This document shows, piece by piece, positions 40,784-50,052 of a stretch of 64,000 nt of DNA. Both the position numbers and the translations under genes were made by a program. The notes under the pieces were generated by a model that saw nothing but the letters and a program-made list of their open reading frames with translations, did no database searches and was not told where the DNA came from. Location of the stretch: the NCBI GenBank assembly GCA_030018355.1, contig JASEFN010000005.1, positions 3,712 through 67,711 on the forward strand, in the 5' to 3' direction. The DNA is from Caldisericia bacterium (GTDB lineage Bacteria; Caldisericota; Caldisericia; B22-G15). Numbering within the stretch: the first letter of the stretch is position 1; every line of letters starts with the position of its first letter.

Positions 40784-40796
40784 GTTGATTTATAAT
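40769..40796 (+). promoter_or_regulatory. Overlapping divergent promoter for the NHL-repeat gene
   Basis: TTGAAA-N16-TATAAT; SD AAGGAGG before ATG 40838. Confidence 0.55.
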
Positions 40797-40837
40797 TTTA
40801 AAAGTAAGTTATAAGTTAAAAATGAAAGGAGGAATTA

Positions 40838-43800
40838 ATGACTTCTTTTAAAAAACTTTTAATTATTATTCTAACAATTTTTTTAGGCATTTTATTTTTG
40901 AAAGCCTCGGTTGCCCAACAAAGAGAAATTGCACAAGTAGGAGTTATTGGTGTTATGCCTGATGATTATGTAGGAGCATTTACGCTACTCTGGGCAAATA
41001 CTGTTGAAAGCGATTTTAATTCTGAACTCTCTTTTCCAATGCAAGGAATGAAATTTAAAAATGGTTATCTTTATGTTCTTGATACATCTTATGGTAGGGT
41101 TCATGTATTTGATAAAAATCTAAAACATGTTAAAGTTTTTGGAGAATTGGGATATGGAGATGGAAAACTTCAATATCCAGCGGATTTAGATGTTGACGAT
41201 ACGGGTAACATCTATGTTGCAGATTTCTTTAATAATTATATTGTCAAATTTTCCCCACTTGGAGATGTGCTTCTTCAATTTGGAGAAGAAGGAGTTGACG
41301 AAGGAAAATTCAATGGTCCATCAGGTATTGCCGTATCAAAAGATGGAAAAATTTTTGTTTCAGATCAATTGAATTCAAGAATTCAAGTTTTTTCAGATAA
41401 AGGAGAATTTCTAAAAACAATAAAAGTTGATGATATTGTTAATCCTGAAGGAATGACGATTGATGAAGAAAATAATCTTTGGGTTGTTGATGCAAAAAGT
41501 TGTAAAATATTTAAACTTGACTTAGATGGGAATGTTTTATTCTCTTTTGGAGGAAAAGGGTCTCAAGATACACAATTTGTTTATCCTTTTGACATTGAAG
41601 TAAAGGGAAATTATATTTATATTGTAGATAGAGGATTAGGAACACCCTTAAACCCGTGTATTAAAAAATTTGATAAAAATGGAAATTTTGTCTTAAAATT
41701 TGGTAAAAGAGGTACAAAGTTACCACTTCAACCTGGAGAATTCTTAACACCAGCAGGAGTTGCTGTTGATGATGAAGAAAATGTTTATACATTTGATGCA
41801 GGCTACTTTTATGGACCAGGAAATCCATTTGGATGGCCCAGAACAACAAGATTAACAGTTTTTGATAAAAATGGAAATTTTAAAACAAAAATAGATTATG
41901 ATTATTCAATTGAAGGGAGATTAATAAATCCTATTTCTGCATCAGTTGATTCTTCAGGAAATATATGGGTTGCACACTGGGCAAACTTTGCTGATATTGG
42001 TGAAATTGTTATTTTTAATAGTGATGGAAAATTTTTAAAGAAAATAACTGGAATTTCTGAGGATAAACCATTTGCAGTAATTGGTGGGGTTTTATGTGGA
42101 AAAAATGAAGTTTATGTATCTTCAGGAATAGAAGGAGCGCCAATTTCTGTTTTTGATTTACAGGGAAATTTCTTAAGAATTTTAGAAAATTGTAAAGACA
42201 CAATACTTCAACCATATCAAATGGTATTTGATAACAAGGGTAGAATTTGGGTTGTTACAAGAAATTTCATGGTGTATGCTATTTCACCAACAGATGGAAC
42301 AATTTTAAAAGAATTTCAAATTAAAGGTGAAGCAAACGCAATCGCAGTTGACTCAAATAATAATATTTATGTCGCAACATTTGATCATTATGTAGATGTT
42401 TATGATGAGAATGGAAAACTCTTAAGAAAAATTGGAAAAGGCGGGGGAAGGGCACTAGAAAAGTTCTGGTTCCCAACTGGTGTTGCTGTTGATAAAGATG
42501 GCGTAGTGTATGTTGGGGATACAGAAAATGGAAGAATTCAAATGTTTAAAGATGACGGAACATTTTTAGGTTCAACACCAAGAGGATATTATGAACTTGC
42601 TCATCTTTTTATTGGGCAAGATGGAATGATTTATGCTGCAGATCTTTTCCATAATGTAGTAAGAATTATCTCTCCATTTGGTGAAAAATTACAAGATTAT
42701 TCGTTTTCAATTACTTCAGATGCAATTGAAAAAATTACAAAACCAGGAATAGAAGTGTCATTCAACTTAACAATTTCTAATAAAGGAGCAAAACAAGATA
42801 CTTATGAAATTAATTTAGTTTCTAATGTATACGATTGGAAAGTTGTATATCCAAAAGAAGTAGCAGTTAATTCAAAAGAGAAAGGAAGTTTTGAAGTAAA
42901 AGTTTTACCACCCACTTCTGCAAAAATAGGTGATGAAATGATAGTAGAACTTGAAATTAAATCTAAAGGAGACCCTACTATTGTAAAGAAAATTTCATTA
43001 AAGGTTATACTTGCTACAAGAACAAAGGTTTTAATAAATAAAATTGATGTAGATCTTGATTCATCATTTGAAATTCCAATTCTTATTCAAGAAGTTGAAA
43101 ATTTATATGGTTTTGGATTTACATTAACTTATGATAAGGAGTTTCTTGATTTTGAAGATGTAATTGAAGGAGAATTCCTTAAAAAAGACGGAGTATCAAC
43201 TCTATTTTTAAAAAATGTTAATGAAGAAAAGGGGGAAATTATTGTTGGAGTATCAAGAACAGGTAAAGTTCAAGGTGTAAGTGGTGAAGGAGTTTTGATA
43301 AAATTTAAATTTAAAGCACTTAAATTAGGAAAGGTTGATTTGAAAATTTCAAATCTAATCTTAAAAGATCCTGATCTTAATGAAATAAAAGCAAATATTG
43401 AAATTGGTGAAGTAAATATAGTTGAACCAGATAAAAAACCACCTATTTTAACATTAACACTTCCAAGCGAAGTAAAAACACCAGATTTAGTGATTAGTGG
43501 AAAAATTACTGATGAAAGTGGAATTAAATATCTTAAAGTCAATGGAAAGGATATTCAAATAAAAGGAGATGGTACATTTACTTATATGTTAACTCTTGTT
43601 GAAGGAATGAATAAAATTTTAATTGAGGCTGAAGATACACGTGGAAATAAATTAACAAAGGAGTATTATGTTAATTATGTAAAAAGAATTGTATTAAAAC
43701 TTACAATTGGAAATAAAATTATGTTGGTTAATGACAGAGAACAAGAGATAGATGTTCCTCCACAAATTATTGAAGGAAGGACTCTTCTTCCAATTAGATG

Positions 43801-44080
43801 GGTTGCAGAACCTCTTGGTGCAAATGTTGGTTGGGATCCAAATGAAAAGAAAGTAACAGTTTCACTTAAAGATATCACAATTGAACTTTGGATTGGAAAG
43901 AACATTGCAAGAGTTAATGGCATAAATACGCCAATTGATCAAAATAATCCTAAGGTGGTTCCTATGATTATCTCTGGTAGAACCATGCTTCCAGTAAGAT
44001 TTGTTGCAGAAAATTTAGGATGTAAAGTAGATTGGGATCCAACTACAAAAACTGTAATAATAACATACCCAAAGGATTAA
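40838..44080 (+). CDS. Secreted NHL-repeat beta-propeller - Ig/NEW3 - cohesin - Ig - stalk domain protein
   Basis: Signal peptide; many FxxPxGIAVxxxGxIYVxD repeats; cohesin paralogous to 37026-38159; GRTLLPIRWVAE / GRTMLPVRFVAE. Confidence 0.85.
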   Translation: MTSFKKLLIIILTIFLGILFLKASVAQQREIAQVGVIGVMPDDYVGAFTLLWANTVESDFNSELSFPMQGMKFKNGYLYVLDTSYGRVHVFDKNLKHVKVFGELGYGDGKLQYPADLDVDDTGNIYVADFFNNYIVKFSPLGDVLLQFGEEGVDEGKFNGPSGIAVSKDGKIFVSDQLNSRIQVFSDKGEFLKTIKVDDIVNPEGMTIDEENNLWVVDAKSCKIFKLDLDGNVLFSFGGKGSQDTQFVYPFDIEVKGNYIYIVDRGLGTPLNPCIKKFDKNGNFVLKFGKRGTKLPLQPGEFLTPAGVAVDDEENVYTFDAGYFYGPGNPFGWPRTTRLTVFDKNGNFKTKIDYDYSIEGRLINPISASVDSSGNIWVAHWANFADIGEIVIFNSDGKFLKKITGISEDKPFAVIGGVLCGKNEVYVSSGIEGAPISVFDLQGNFLRILENCKDTILQPYQMVFDNKGRIWVVTRNFMVYAISPTDGTILKEFQIKGEANAIAVDSNNNIYVATFDHYVDVYDENGKLLRKIGKGGGRALEKFWFPTGVAVDKDGVVYVGDTENGRIQMFKDDGTFLGSTPRGYYELAHLFIGQDGMIYAADLFHNVVRIISPFGEKLQDYSFSITSDAIEKITKPGIEVSFNLTISNKGAKQDTYEINLVSNVYDWKVVYPKEVAVNSKEKGSFEVKVLPPTSAKIGDEMIVELEIKSKGDPTIVKKISLKVILATRTKVLINKIDVDLDSSFEIPILIQEVENLYGFGFTLTYDKEFLDFEDVIEGEFLKKDGVSTLFLKNVNEEKGEIIVGVSRTGKVQGVSGEGVLIKFKFKALKLGKVDLKISNLILKDPDLNEIKANIEIGEVNIVEPDKKPPILTLTLPSEVKTPDLVISGKITDESGIKYLKVNGKDIQIKGDGTFTYMLTLVEGMNKILIEAEDTRGNKLTKEYYVNYVKRIVLKLTIGNKIMLVNDREQEIDVPPQIIEGRTLLPIRWVAEPLGANVGWDPNEKKVTVSLKDITIELWIGKNIARVNGINTPIDQNNPKVVPMIISGRTMLPVRFVAENLGCKVDWDPTTKTVIITYPKD

Positions 44081-44096
44081 CTCTTAACAAAATTTT

Positions 44097-44128
44097 GCCC
44101 CTCCAAAATGGAGGGGCTTATTATTTTT
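44097..44128 (+). terminator. Intrinsic terminator after the NHL gene
   Basis: GCCCCTCCA-aaa-TGGAGGGGC (9-bp stem) followed by TTATTATTTTT. Confidence 0.75.
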
Positions 44129-44129
44129 A

Positions 44130-44486
44130 ATGAATAAAAAAAATTTAGGAAATTTAGGTGAAGAATTAGCAATTACTTATCTAAAAAGCAAAGGGTATAA
44201 AATAATTACAAGGAATTTTAGAACAAGATTTGGAGAAATTGATATAGTATGTGAAAAAGGTGATTCTATAATTTTCATTGAAGTTAGAACAAAAAGTGAT
44301 TTAAGTACAATTCTACCAGAAGAAAGTATAACTAAAAAGAAAATTGAAAAGTATAAAAAATTAGCACTTGAATATCTTGAAGTATCAGAAAGAAAATATA
44401 AAGAGATAAAATTTGAATTCTTAGGAATTGAATATAAAAATAATAAAAACTATCAAATAACTCATATTGAAAATTTTATTGATTAG
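44130..44486 (+). CDS. YraN/UPF0102 family putative nuclease
   Basis: G..GE..A..YL..KGY.I..RN.R...GEIDIV....FIEVR. Confidence 0.88.
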   Translation: MNKKNLGNLGEELAITYLKSKGYKIITRNFRTRFGEIDIVCEKGDSIIFIEVRTKSDLSTILPEESITKKKIEKYKKLALEYLEVSERKYKEIKFEFLGIEYKNNKNYQITHIENFID

Positions 44487-45201
44487 ATTTTGTTAATTCA
44501 TATAAAGCAATTCCTAAAGCAACTGATGTGTTCAAAGATTTTGTTTTTCCAAATGTCTTTATTTTTATTATAAAATCGCTTTCTTCAAGAACTTTTTTAT
44601 TTATTCCTTTATCTTCACCACCTACTATTAAAATAAATGGTTTAGGAGGATTAAATTTGTTTAGTTCAATTTCTCCACTCATATCAAGCGAAATGATCCA
44701 AAAACCTTTTTTCTTTAATTCTTTTATTGAATTTACTGTTCCACTAAATTCATATATCTTTAAATGAAAAATTGCGCCAGTTGAAGATTTTATAACTGTT
44801 TCAGTTATAGGTGTACTTCTTCTTTTAGGTAATATTACCCCTTTTGCACCAAAAATTTCAGCACTTCTTATTATTGCACCAAGATTATGTGGATCTTCAA
44901 TATTTAAAGGCAACACATAAAAACTTTCTTTGTTTGTTTCAATCTCACTTAATGAATAAATTTCTACTGGGGATATGAACCCTAAAAAATTAACACTTTT
45001 ATCAAAATTTCTAAAAAATTCTTCATCTTTGTATGTAAAGGGTATTTTATTTTGTTTCAATATATTTTCTAATTCTTTATTTTTATAACCAAATTTAAAA
45101 ATTACTTTTATAAGTTTATTTTCTTTAATTGCTTCAATAATTTCATTTTTATTAAAAACCTTATAATTATCGTCTAAATACAATTGTTTCTTTTCTCCCA
45201 T
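44476..45201 (-). CDS. rlmB: 23S rRNA Gm2251 methyltransferase (RlmB/TrmH SPOUT)
   Basis: EDPHNLGAIIR, VGGEDKG, SLNTSVA; follows cysS. Confidence 0.85.
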   Translation of the reverse strand: MGEKKQLYLDDNYKVFNKNEIIEAIKENKLIKVIFKFGYKNKELENILKQNKIPFTYKDEEFFRNFDKSVNFLGFISPVEIYSLSEIETNKESFYVLPLNIEDPHNLGAIIRSAEIFGAKGVILPKRRSTPITETVIKSSTGAIFHLKIYEFSGTVNSIKELKKKGFWIISLDMSGEIELNKFNPPKPFILIVGGEDKGINKKVLEESDFIIKIKTFGKTKSLNTSVALGIALYELTKSNQ

Positions 45202-46618
45202 CTCTTATCTCATATCCAAGTTCAATTAATCTATTTCTTATTTCATCTGATTTTTTAAATTCTCTATTTTCTCTCAATTTTTTTCTCTCTTCAGTAATTT
45301 TTTTAATCAATTCACTTTCTTCTAACTTTTCATCTTCTGGTAGATAAAAATTATAATCTTTTAATATTTTTATTAATTCATTTTTTAAGTTTTCTACAAC
45401 TTTAAATGATATTTTAATTCCAAGAATATTTAACATTTTATCCAGAATCTCTTTTAAAAATTTATATTCTCCTTTTATTTCATTAGAATTAAACTTATTA
45501 ATTAATTTAAAAATAACTCCAATTGCTCCTTGAGTGTTAAAATCATCATCCATAAATTCTATAAATTCATTAAAAAGTGAGTTTAATAAATTTCTTGATG
45601 GCTCATCTTCTAAATCTCCTTTTTGGGACAAACCTTCAACTATTGAATAAAACTCTCTAATTTTATAATATTCATTCCTTGTTTTTTCTATCTTTTCATC
45701 AGTATAATCTATTGGTGAGTGATAATCTGAAGATAATAAAAATAACCTTAACACCTCAGGTTCATATTTTTTAAGTATATCTTCAATTGTTAAAATGTTA
45801 CCAACTGATTTAGACATCTTCTCTTTATTAATTGTTATTAGTCCATTATGGAGCCAATATCTTACAACAGGTTTATCGCCCTTCCATGCTTCACCTTGAG
45901 CAATTTCATTTTCATGATGTGGAAATATAAGATCTATACCACCACCATGAATATCAAAACCAAAATCAAGATACTTTATTGACATCACTGAACATTCAAT
46001 ATGCCAACCAGGTCTCCCTTTTCCCCAAGGAGAATCCCAGAATACTTCTCCCTCTTTTACTTTTTTCCATAAAGCAAAATCAAGAGGACTTTTCTTTGTC
46101 TCATCAATTTCTATTCTTACACCCTTAATTAACTCATCGACTTTTCTATTAGAAAGTTTTCCATAATCTTTAAATTTACTAACTTCAAAGTAAACTCCAG
46201 TTTCTGTTTCATATGCAAAACTTTTATCTTGAAGATCTTTTACCATTTTAATAATTTCATCTATATGTTCAGTAACTCTCGGATATAAATTATTCTCTGT
46301 ATCAATATTTAATAGTTCTATATACTTTTTATACATATTTATAAAAGTCTCTGCTATTTCTTTAGGTGTAAGACCCCATTCTAAACTTCTTTTGATTATC
46401 TTATCATCTATATCGGTATAATTTTGTACATACTTAACATCATAACCTTTAAATTTTAAATATCTTTTAATTGTATCGTATATAACAAGTGGTCTTGCGT
46501 GTCCTATATGAGGATAATTATCTGGAGTTAAACCACAAACATACATATAAACTTTATCTTTTTCTCTTGTAATAAACTCTTCTTTTCTTCTTGTTAAGGT
46601 ATTATAAACTTTTATCAT
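45167..46618 (-). CDS. cysS: Cysteine--tRNA ligase
   Basis: YVCG.T, HIGH, GWHIECS, FPHHENE, KMSKS. Confidence 0.97.
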   Translation of the reverse strand: MIKVYNTLTRRKEEFITREKDKVYMYVCGLTPDNYPHIGHARPLVIYDTIKRYLKFKGYDVKYVQNYTDIDDKIIKRSLEWGLTPKEIAETFINMYKKYIELLNIDTENNLYPRVTEHIDEIIKMVKDLQDKSFAYETETGVYFEVSKFKDYGKLSNRKVDELIKGVRIEIDETKKSPLDFALWKKVKEGEVFWDSPWGKGRPGWHIECSVMSIKYLDFGFDIHGGGIDLIFPHHENEIAQGEAWKGDKPVVRYWLHNGLITINKEKMSKSVGNILTIEDILKKYEPEVLRLFLLSSDYHSPIDYTDEKIEKTRNEYYKIREFYSIVEGLSQKGDLEDEPSRNLLNSLFNEFIEFMDDDFNTQGAIGVIFKLINKFNSNEIKGEYKFLKEILDKMLNILGIKISFKVVENLKNELIKILKDYNFYLPEDEKLEESELIKKITEERKKLRENREFKKSDEIRNRLIELGYEIRDGRKETIVFRR

Positions 46619-48045
46619 ATTTTATTAATTACCTCCTTTATTCTATTTAGAGTTTCCTCTTTGCCAAGTAAATAAATATATATGTAAATTTCTGGACCTT
46701 CGTCTTTATGAGTAATAAGAACTCTTAACGGATGATAGAGGCTTTTTCCTTTCAGAGAAAGTTTTTTTCCTATATCTTTTATTAAATTTAAAATATTATT
46801 TTCATTCCAGTTATGAAGATTTTTAATAGAATTATAAAATTCATAGATCAAATTTTTATTTTCTTTCAAATAAGAAAGTTTTTCTTCTGAAAGTTCTTCT
46901 GGTTTATAAATATCATTTATCAGATTTTTAATATCGCTCAAAACAAAAATATGATCTCTCATAAGTCTTAAAAATTCCATTAGCCACTCGTCATCTTTAA
47001 TTTCAAAATTTCTATTTAAATAAAACTCTTTGACTTTTTTAAAAAGTTCTTCTAATGATAACATCTCTATATATTTATGATTCATCCATCTTAATTTTGA
47101 GGGAGAAAAAATTGCATTGCTTTTAGAAAGGTTTTCTATGCTAAATTCTTCTATAAGTTCTTGAAGCGAAAAAATTTCCTTCTCTTTTGTTTTGGGTGAA
47201 AACCCAAGAAGAGCCATATAATTAACTAGTGCTTCTGGAAGATAACCTTCATTTCTATAGTCTCTTAATGAAACTGATCCATGTCTTTTCGAGAGTTTTG
47301 TATGATCTTCTCCAAGTATCATTGGTAAATGTATGAATTTTGGTAAAGGAAAATCTAATGCTTTATAAATTAAAATTTGTCTTGGTGTATTTCCATGAAG
47401 ATGATCTTCACCTCTTATGACAAAATTTATTTTCATTAAAGCATCATCAATAACAACAGCAAAATTATAAGTTGGCATTCCATCTGAACGCATAATTACA
47501 AAATCATCAAGGTTTTCAATTGGAAATATAAGTTTCCCTCTTAACTCATCCTCAACTATAACTTCTCCACTTAAAGGAGTCTTAAATCTAACAACTGGAT
47601 TTGGATTCTTTTTTAATTTCTCTTCAATTTGTTCTTTACTTAAATTTCTACATTTTCTTGAATATTTAGGCATAAGACCTTTCTTTAACATCTCTTCTCT
47701 ATCTTTTTCTAATTCATCCTCACTACAGAAACAGAGATAGGCTTTACCCTCTTCTAAAAGTTTATTTATATAAAATTTATAAATCTCAATTCTCTCAGAT
47801 TGTCTATACGGTCCATATGGTCCACCTATATCAGGACCCTCATCCCAATTTATATTTAACCATTTTAATCCCTCAATTATATCGTCTTCATACTCTTTTT
47901 TGGATCTCTCTCTATCTGTATCTTCTATTCTTAAAATAAATTTTCCATTGTTTTTTCTGGCAAAAAGATAATTAAAAAGAGCTGTTCTTACATTCCCAAT
48001 ATGCATAAAACCAGTTGGTGAAGGTGGAAATCTTACTCTAATCAT
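46615..48045 (-). CDS. gltX: Glutamate--tRNA ligase (copy 2)
   Basis: RFPPSPTG.MHIGN, RIEDTD, RGEDH, KLSKRHG; gltX-cysS synteny. Confidence 0.95.
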   Translation of the reverse strand: MIRVRFPPSPTGFMHIGNVRTALFNYLFARKNNGKFILRIEDTDRERSKKEYEDDIIEGLKWLNINWDEGPDIGGPYGPYRQSERIEIYKFYINKLLEEGKAYLCFCSEDELEKDREEMLKKGLMPKYSRKCRNLSKEQIEEKLKKNPNPVVRFKTPLSGEVIVEDELRGKLIFPIENLDDFVIMRSDGMPTYNFAVVIDDALMKINFVIRGEDHLHGNTPRQILIYKALDFPLPKFIHLPMILGEDHTKLSKRHGSVSLRDYRNEGYLPEALVNYMALLGFSPKTKEKEIFSLQELIEEFSIENLSKSNAIFSPSKLRWMNHKYIEMLSLEELFKKVKEFYLNRNFEIKDDEWLMEFLRLMRDHIFVLSDIKNLINDIYKPEELSEEKLSYLKENKNLIYEFYNSIKNLHNWNENNILNLIKDIGKKLSLKGKSLYHPLRVLITHKDEGPEIYIYIYLLGKEETLNRIKEVINKI

Positions 48046-48099
48046 AAAACCTCCTTTTAAAATCTTTCATATATTATACAATAAAAATGAGGTAAGAAT

Positions 48100-48636
48100 A
48101 TGTTACCGGATTTTTTTACATTTTTAAGAATTTTAAGTGGATTTTTCATACTTTATCTTTCTATTTTCAATATAAATAATTTTTATCTATACTTTTACAC
48201 AATTTTATTTGGATGGACAACAGACATTTTAGATGGATATTTAGCAAGATTACTAAACATTGAGGGTAAACTTGGTAAATATGATTTTCAAATTGATCTA
48301 TTTTTTGAATGGTCCTTTTTCTTTTATCTATTTAGAATAAATTACATAAATGAAAAAATTTTTATAATTTATAATGTTATTTTCTTTCTTATTTTGTTTT
48401 TTTACTACAACAAAACTCTTTTAATGACAATACAAGCACCAGTTACTTTTTCACCATTTATAATTGCAATTTTATATTATAAAGATCTAAGAATAATAAT
48501 TCTGTTTTGGATTTTAATAAATCTTCTTCTCTTTTATAAGAGATTTATCAAAGTAGTTAAGGAATATATAGAGGGCATCCCAAGTCATAACCTTAATAAA
48601 AATGAAAATTATTATAGGCATAAGACTAAAAAATAA
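48100..48636 (+). CDS. CDP-alcohol phosphatidyltransferase family protein
   Basis: DxxDGxLARxxxxxGxxGxxxD motif (TDILDGYLAR...GKLGKYD); hydrophobic. Confidence 0.8.
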   Translation: MLPDFFTFLRILSGFFILYLSIFNINNFYLYFYTILFGWTTDILDGYLARLLNIEGKLGKYDFQIDLFFEWSFFFYLFRINYINEKIFIIYNVIFFLILFFYYNKTLLMTIQAPVTFSPFIIAILYYKDLRIIILFWILINLLLFYKRFIKVVKEYIEGIPSHNLNKNENYYRHKTKK

Positions 48637-48639
48637 ATA

Positions 48640-48667
48640 TTTACATAAATAAAATTTTTAATATAAT
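48640..48667 (+). promoter_or_regulatory. Putative promoter for tRNA-Ser/tRNA-Ala
   Basis: TTTACA-N16-TATAAT, 8 nt before the tRNA 5' end. Confidence 0.6.
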
Positions 48668-48675
48668 AAACTTTA

Positions 48676-48769
48676 GGAGAGATGGCTGAGTGGACGAAGG
48701 CACCCGCCTGGAAAGCGGGTAGGTGGGTTAAAACCCGCCTCGCGGGTTCGAATCCCGCTCTCTCCGCCA
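48676..48769 (+). tRNA. tRNA-Ser(GGA)
   Basis: CCCGC-CT-GGA-AA-GCGGG anticodon arm, long variable arm, G73, CCA. Confidence 0.96.
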
Positions 48770-48813
48770 TAAATAAGAAAATTAAAAGAAAATAAATTAA
48801 TATTTTATATTTT

Positions 48814-48888
48814 GGGGCAGTGGCTCAGAGGGAGAGCGCATCCTTCGCAAGGATGAGGTCGCGGGTTCAAATCCCGTCTGCTCCACCA
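48814..48888 (+). tRNA. tRNA-Ala(CGC)
   Basis: G3-U70, CATCC-TT-CGC-AA-GGATG, CCA. Confidence 0.96.
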
Positions 48889-50051
48889 CTTTTCTTTATT
48901 TCTTCAATTAAATTTTTTATAAATTTTAACTTTTTAATATATGATTCAACTCTTTCTTTTTGTTCATTATCTTGAATTATATATTGATAATTATCAGGGA
49001 AATAAAATTTAATATCATCATCACTAACTTCTATATCCTTTGAAAGTAAACTTAGAATAATATCGAGTTTTATTTGTTCTTGAGAGCTCTTATCAAAATT
49101 TTTTCTTAAATCCTCAATTGTTTCATTTCTGGCTTTAAGAAACTCCTCAAGAGAGATGCCACTTTTTAGAAGTTCTTCTTTAAGATGCTCAATTCTATGG
49201 GTTGTTTCATCATCAATGTATGTCTTAGGAACATAAAAATCATTAATTTCAATTAATTTTTTATTTATAAATGATTCAATAAACTCTTCATTAAATCTCT
49301 CTTTAATTATGGTATTTTTAACTTTTTCTTTAAATTCATCTAAATTTGAAACTTCAAAATCATTAAAGAAGTTTTCATCGAGTTCAGGATATTTTGGTTT
49401 TTTTACCTCAATAATTTCAATTATAATTTTTTTTCCTTGAATTTCAATATCTTTTTTATCACCAACATTCATTCCATAAACATATTCTTCAAGTAAATTT
49501 TTATTCTCTCCCACAATTAAAGATATTTCTTTTTCTTCTTCATTTTCTACAAATTTATATTTTAAGATAACATAATCTCCTTTTTCAATTGCTCCTTCTT
49601 TAGGAATAAACTCTTTTGCTTCTTCTTTTATTAAAGTGATTCTATTTTCAATCTCTTCATCTGTTACTTGTCTTAATTCCCTTACAATTTCATTTAAGTC
49701 TATATTATTAACATTTGGTATTAAATAAGTTGTAAGATAAAAAATTGGATTATCAAAATTAAAATTACTAAAATCTACATCAACTGAGGGAAATAGATTT
49801 TTAACATCATTAAAAACTTTTTCAATAGTTTTATCTCTTAATCTTTTCTTTATTTCATCAAAAATAGTCTCTGTTCCAATTATATTTTTTATCAAATTTA
49901 AAGGAGCCTTGCCAGGTCTAAAACCAGGGACTTTTACTCTTTTTGCATAATAATTTAAAACTTCTTTATATTCATTCTGTATTTCTTCTTTATCAAAAGA
50001 AATTTCATATAAAACTTTATTTTTTTCAGAATTTTTGATTGATAAGTTCAA
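48867..50051 (-). CDS. tig: Trigger factor
   Basis: VPGFRPGKAP ribosome-binding motif; shortened FKBP domain; TTG start behind GGAGG. Confidence 0.88.
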   Translation of the reverse strand: MNLSIKNSEKNKVLYEISFDKEEIQNEYKEVLNYYAKRVKVPGFRPGKAPLNLIKNIIGTETIFDEIKKRLRDKTIEKVFNDVKNLFPSVDVDFSNFNFDNPIFYLTTYLIPNVNNIDLNEIVRELRQVTDEEIENRITLIKEEAKEFIPKEGAIEKGDYVILKYKFVENEEEKEISLIVGENKNLLEEYVYGMNVGDKKDIEIQGKKIIIEIIEVKKPKYPELDENFFNDFEVSNLDEFKEKVKNTIIKERFNEEFIESFINKKLIEINDFYVPKTYIDDETTHRIEHLKEELLKSGISLEEFLKARNETIEDLRKNFDKSSQEQIKLDIILSLLSKDIEVSDDDIKFYFPDNYQYIIQDNEQKERVESYIKKLKFIKNLIEEIKKSGGADGI

Positions 50052-50052
50052 A

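Noticed and set aside
40900-42700. Recurring nucleotide motifs such as TTTGATAAAAATGGAAATTTT as a DNA repeat array
   Set aside because: They are codon-level echoes of NHL protein repeats, with no regular spacer structure.
40666-48888. Possible tRNA-flanked island or invertible segment between two tRNA-Ala genes sharing 31 of 33 3' bases
   Set aside because: Both are complete tRNAs with different anticodons, not att fragments; no recombinase is present and the interior holds core genes (cysS, gltX, rlmB).
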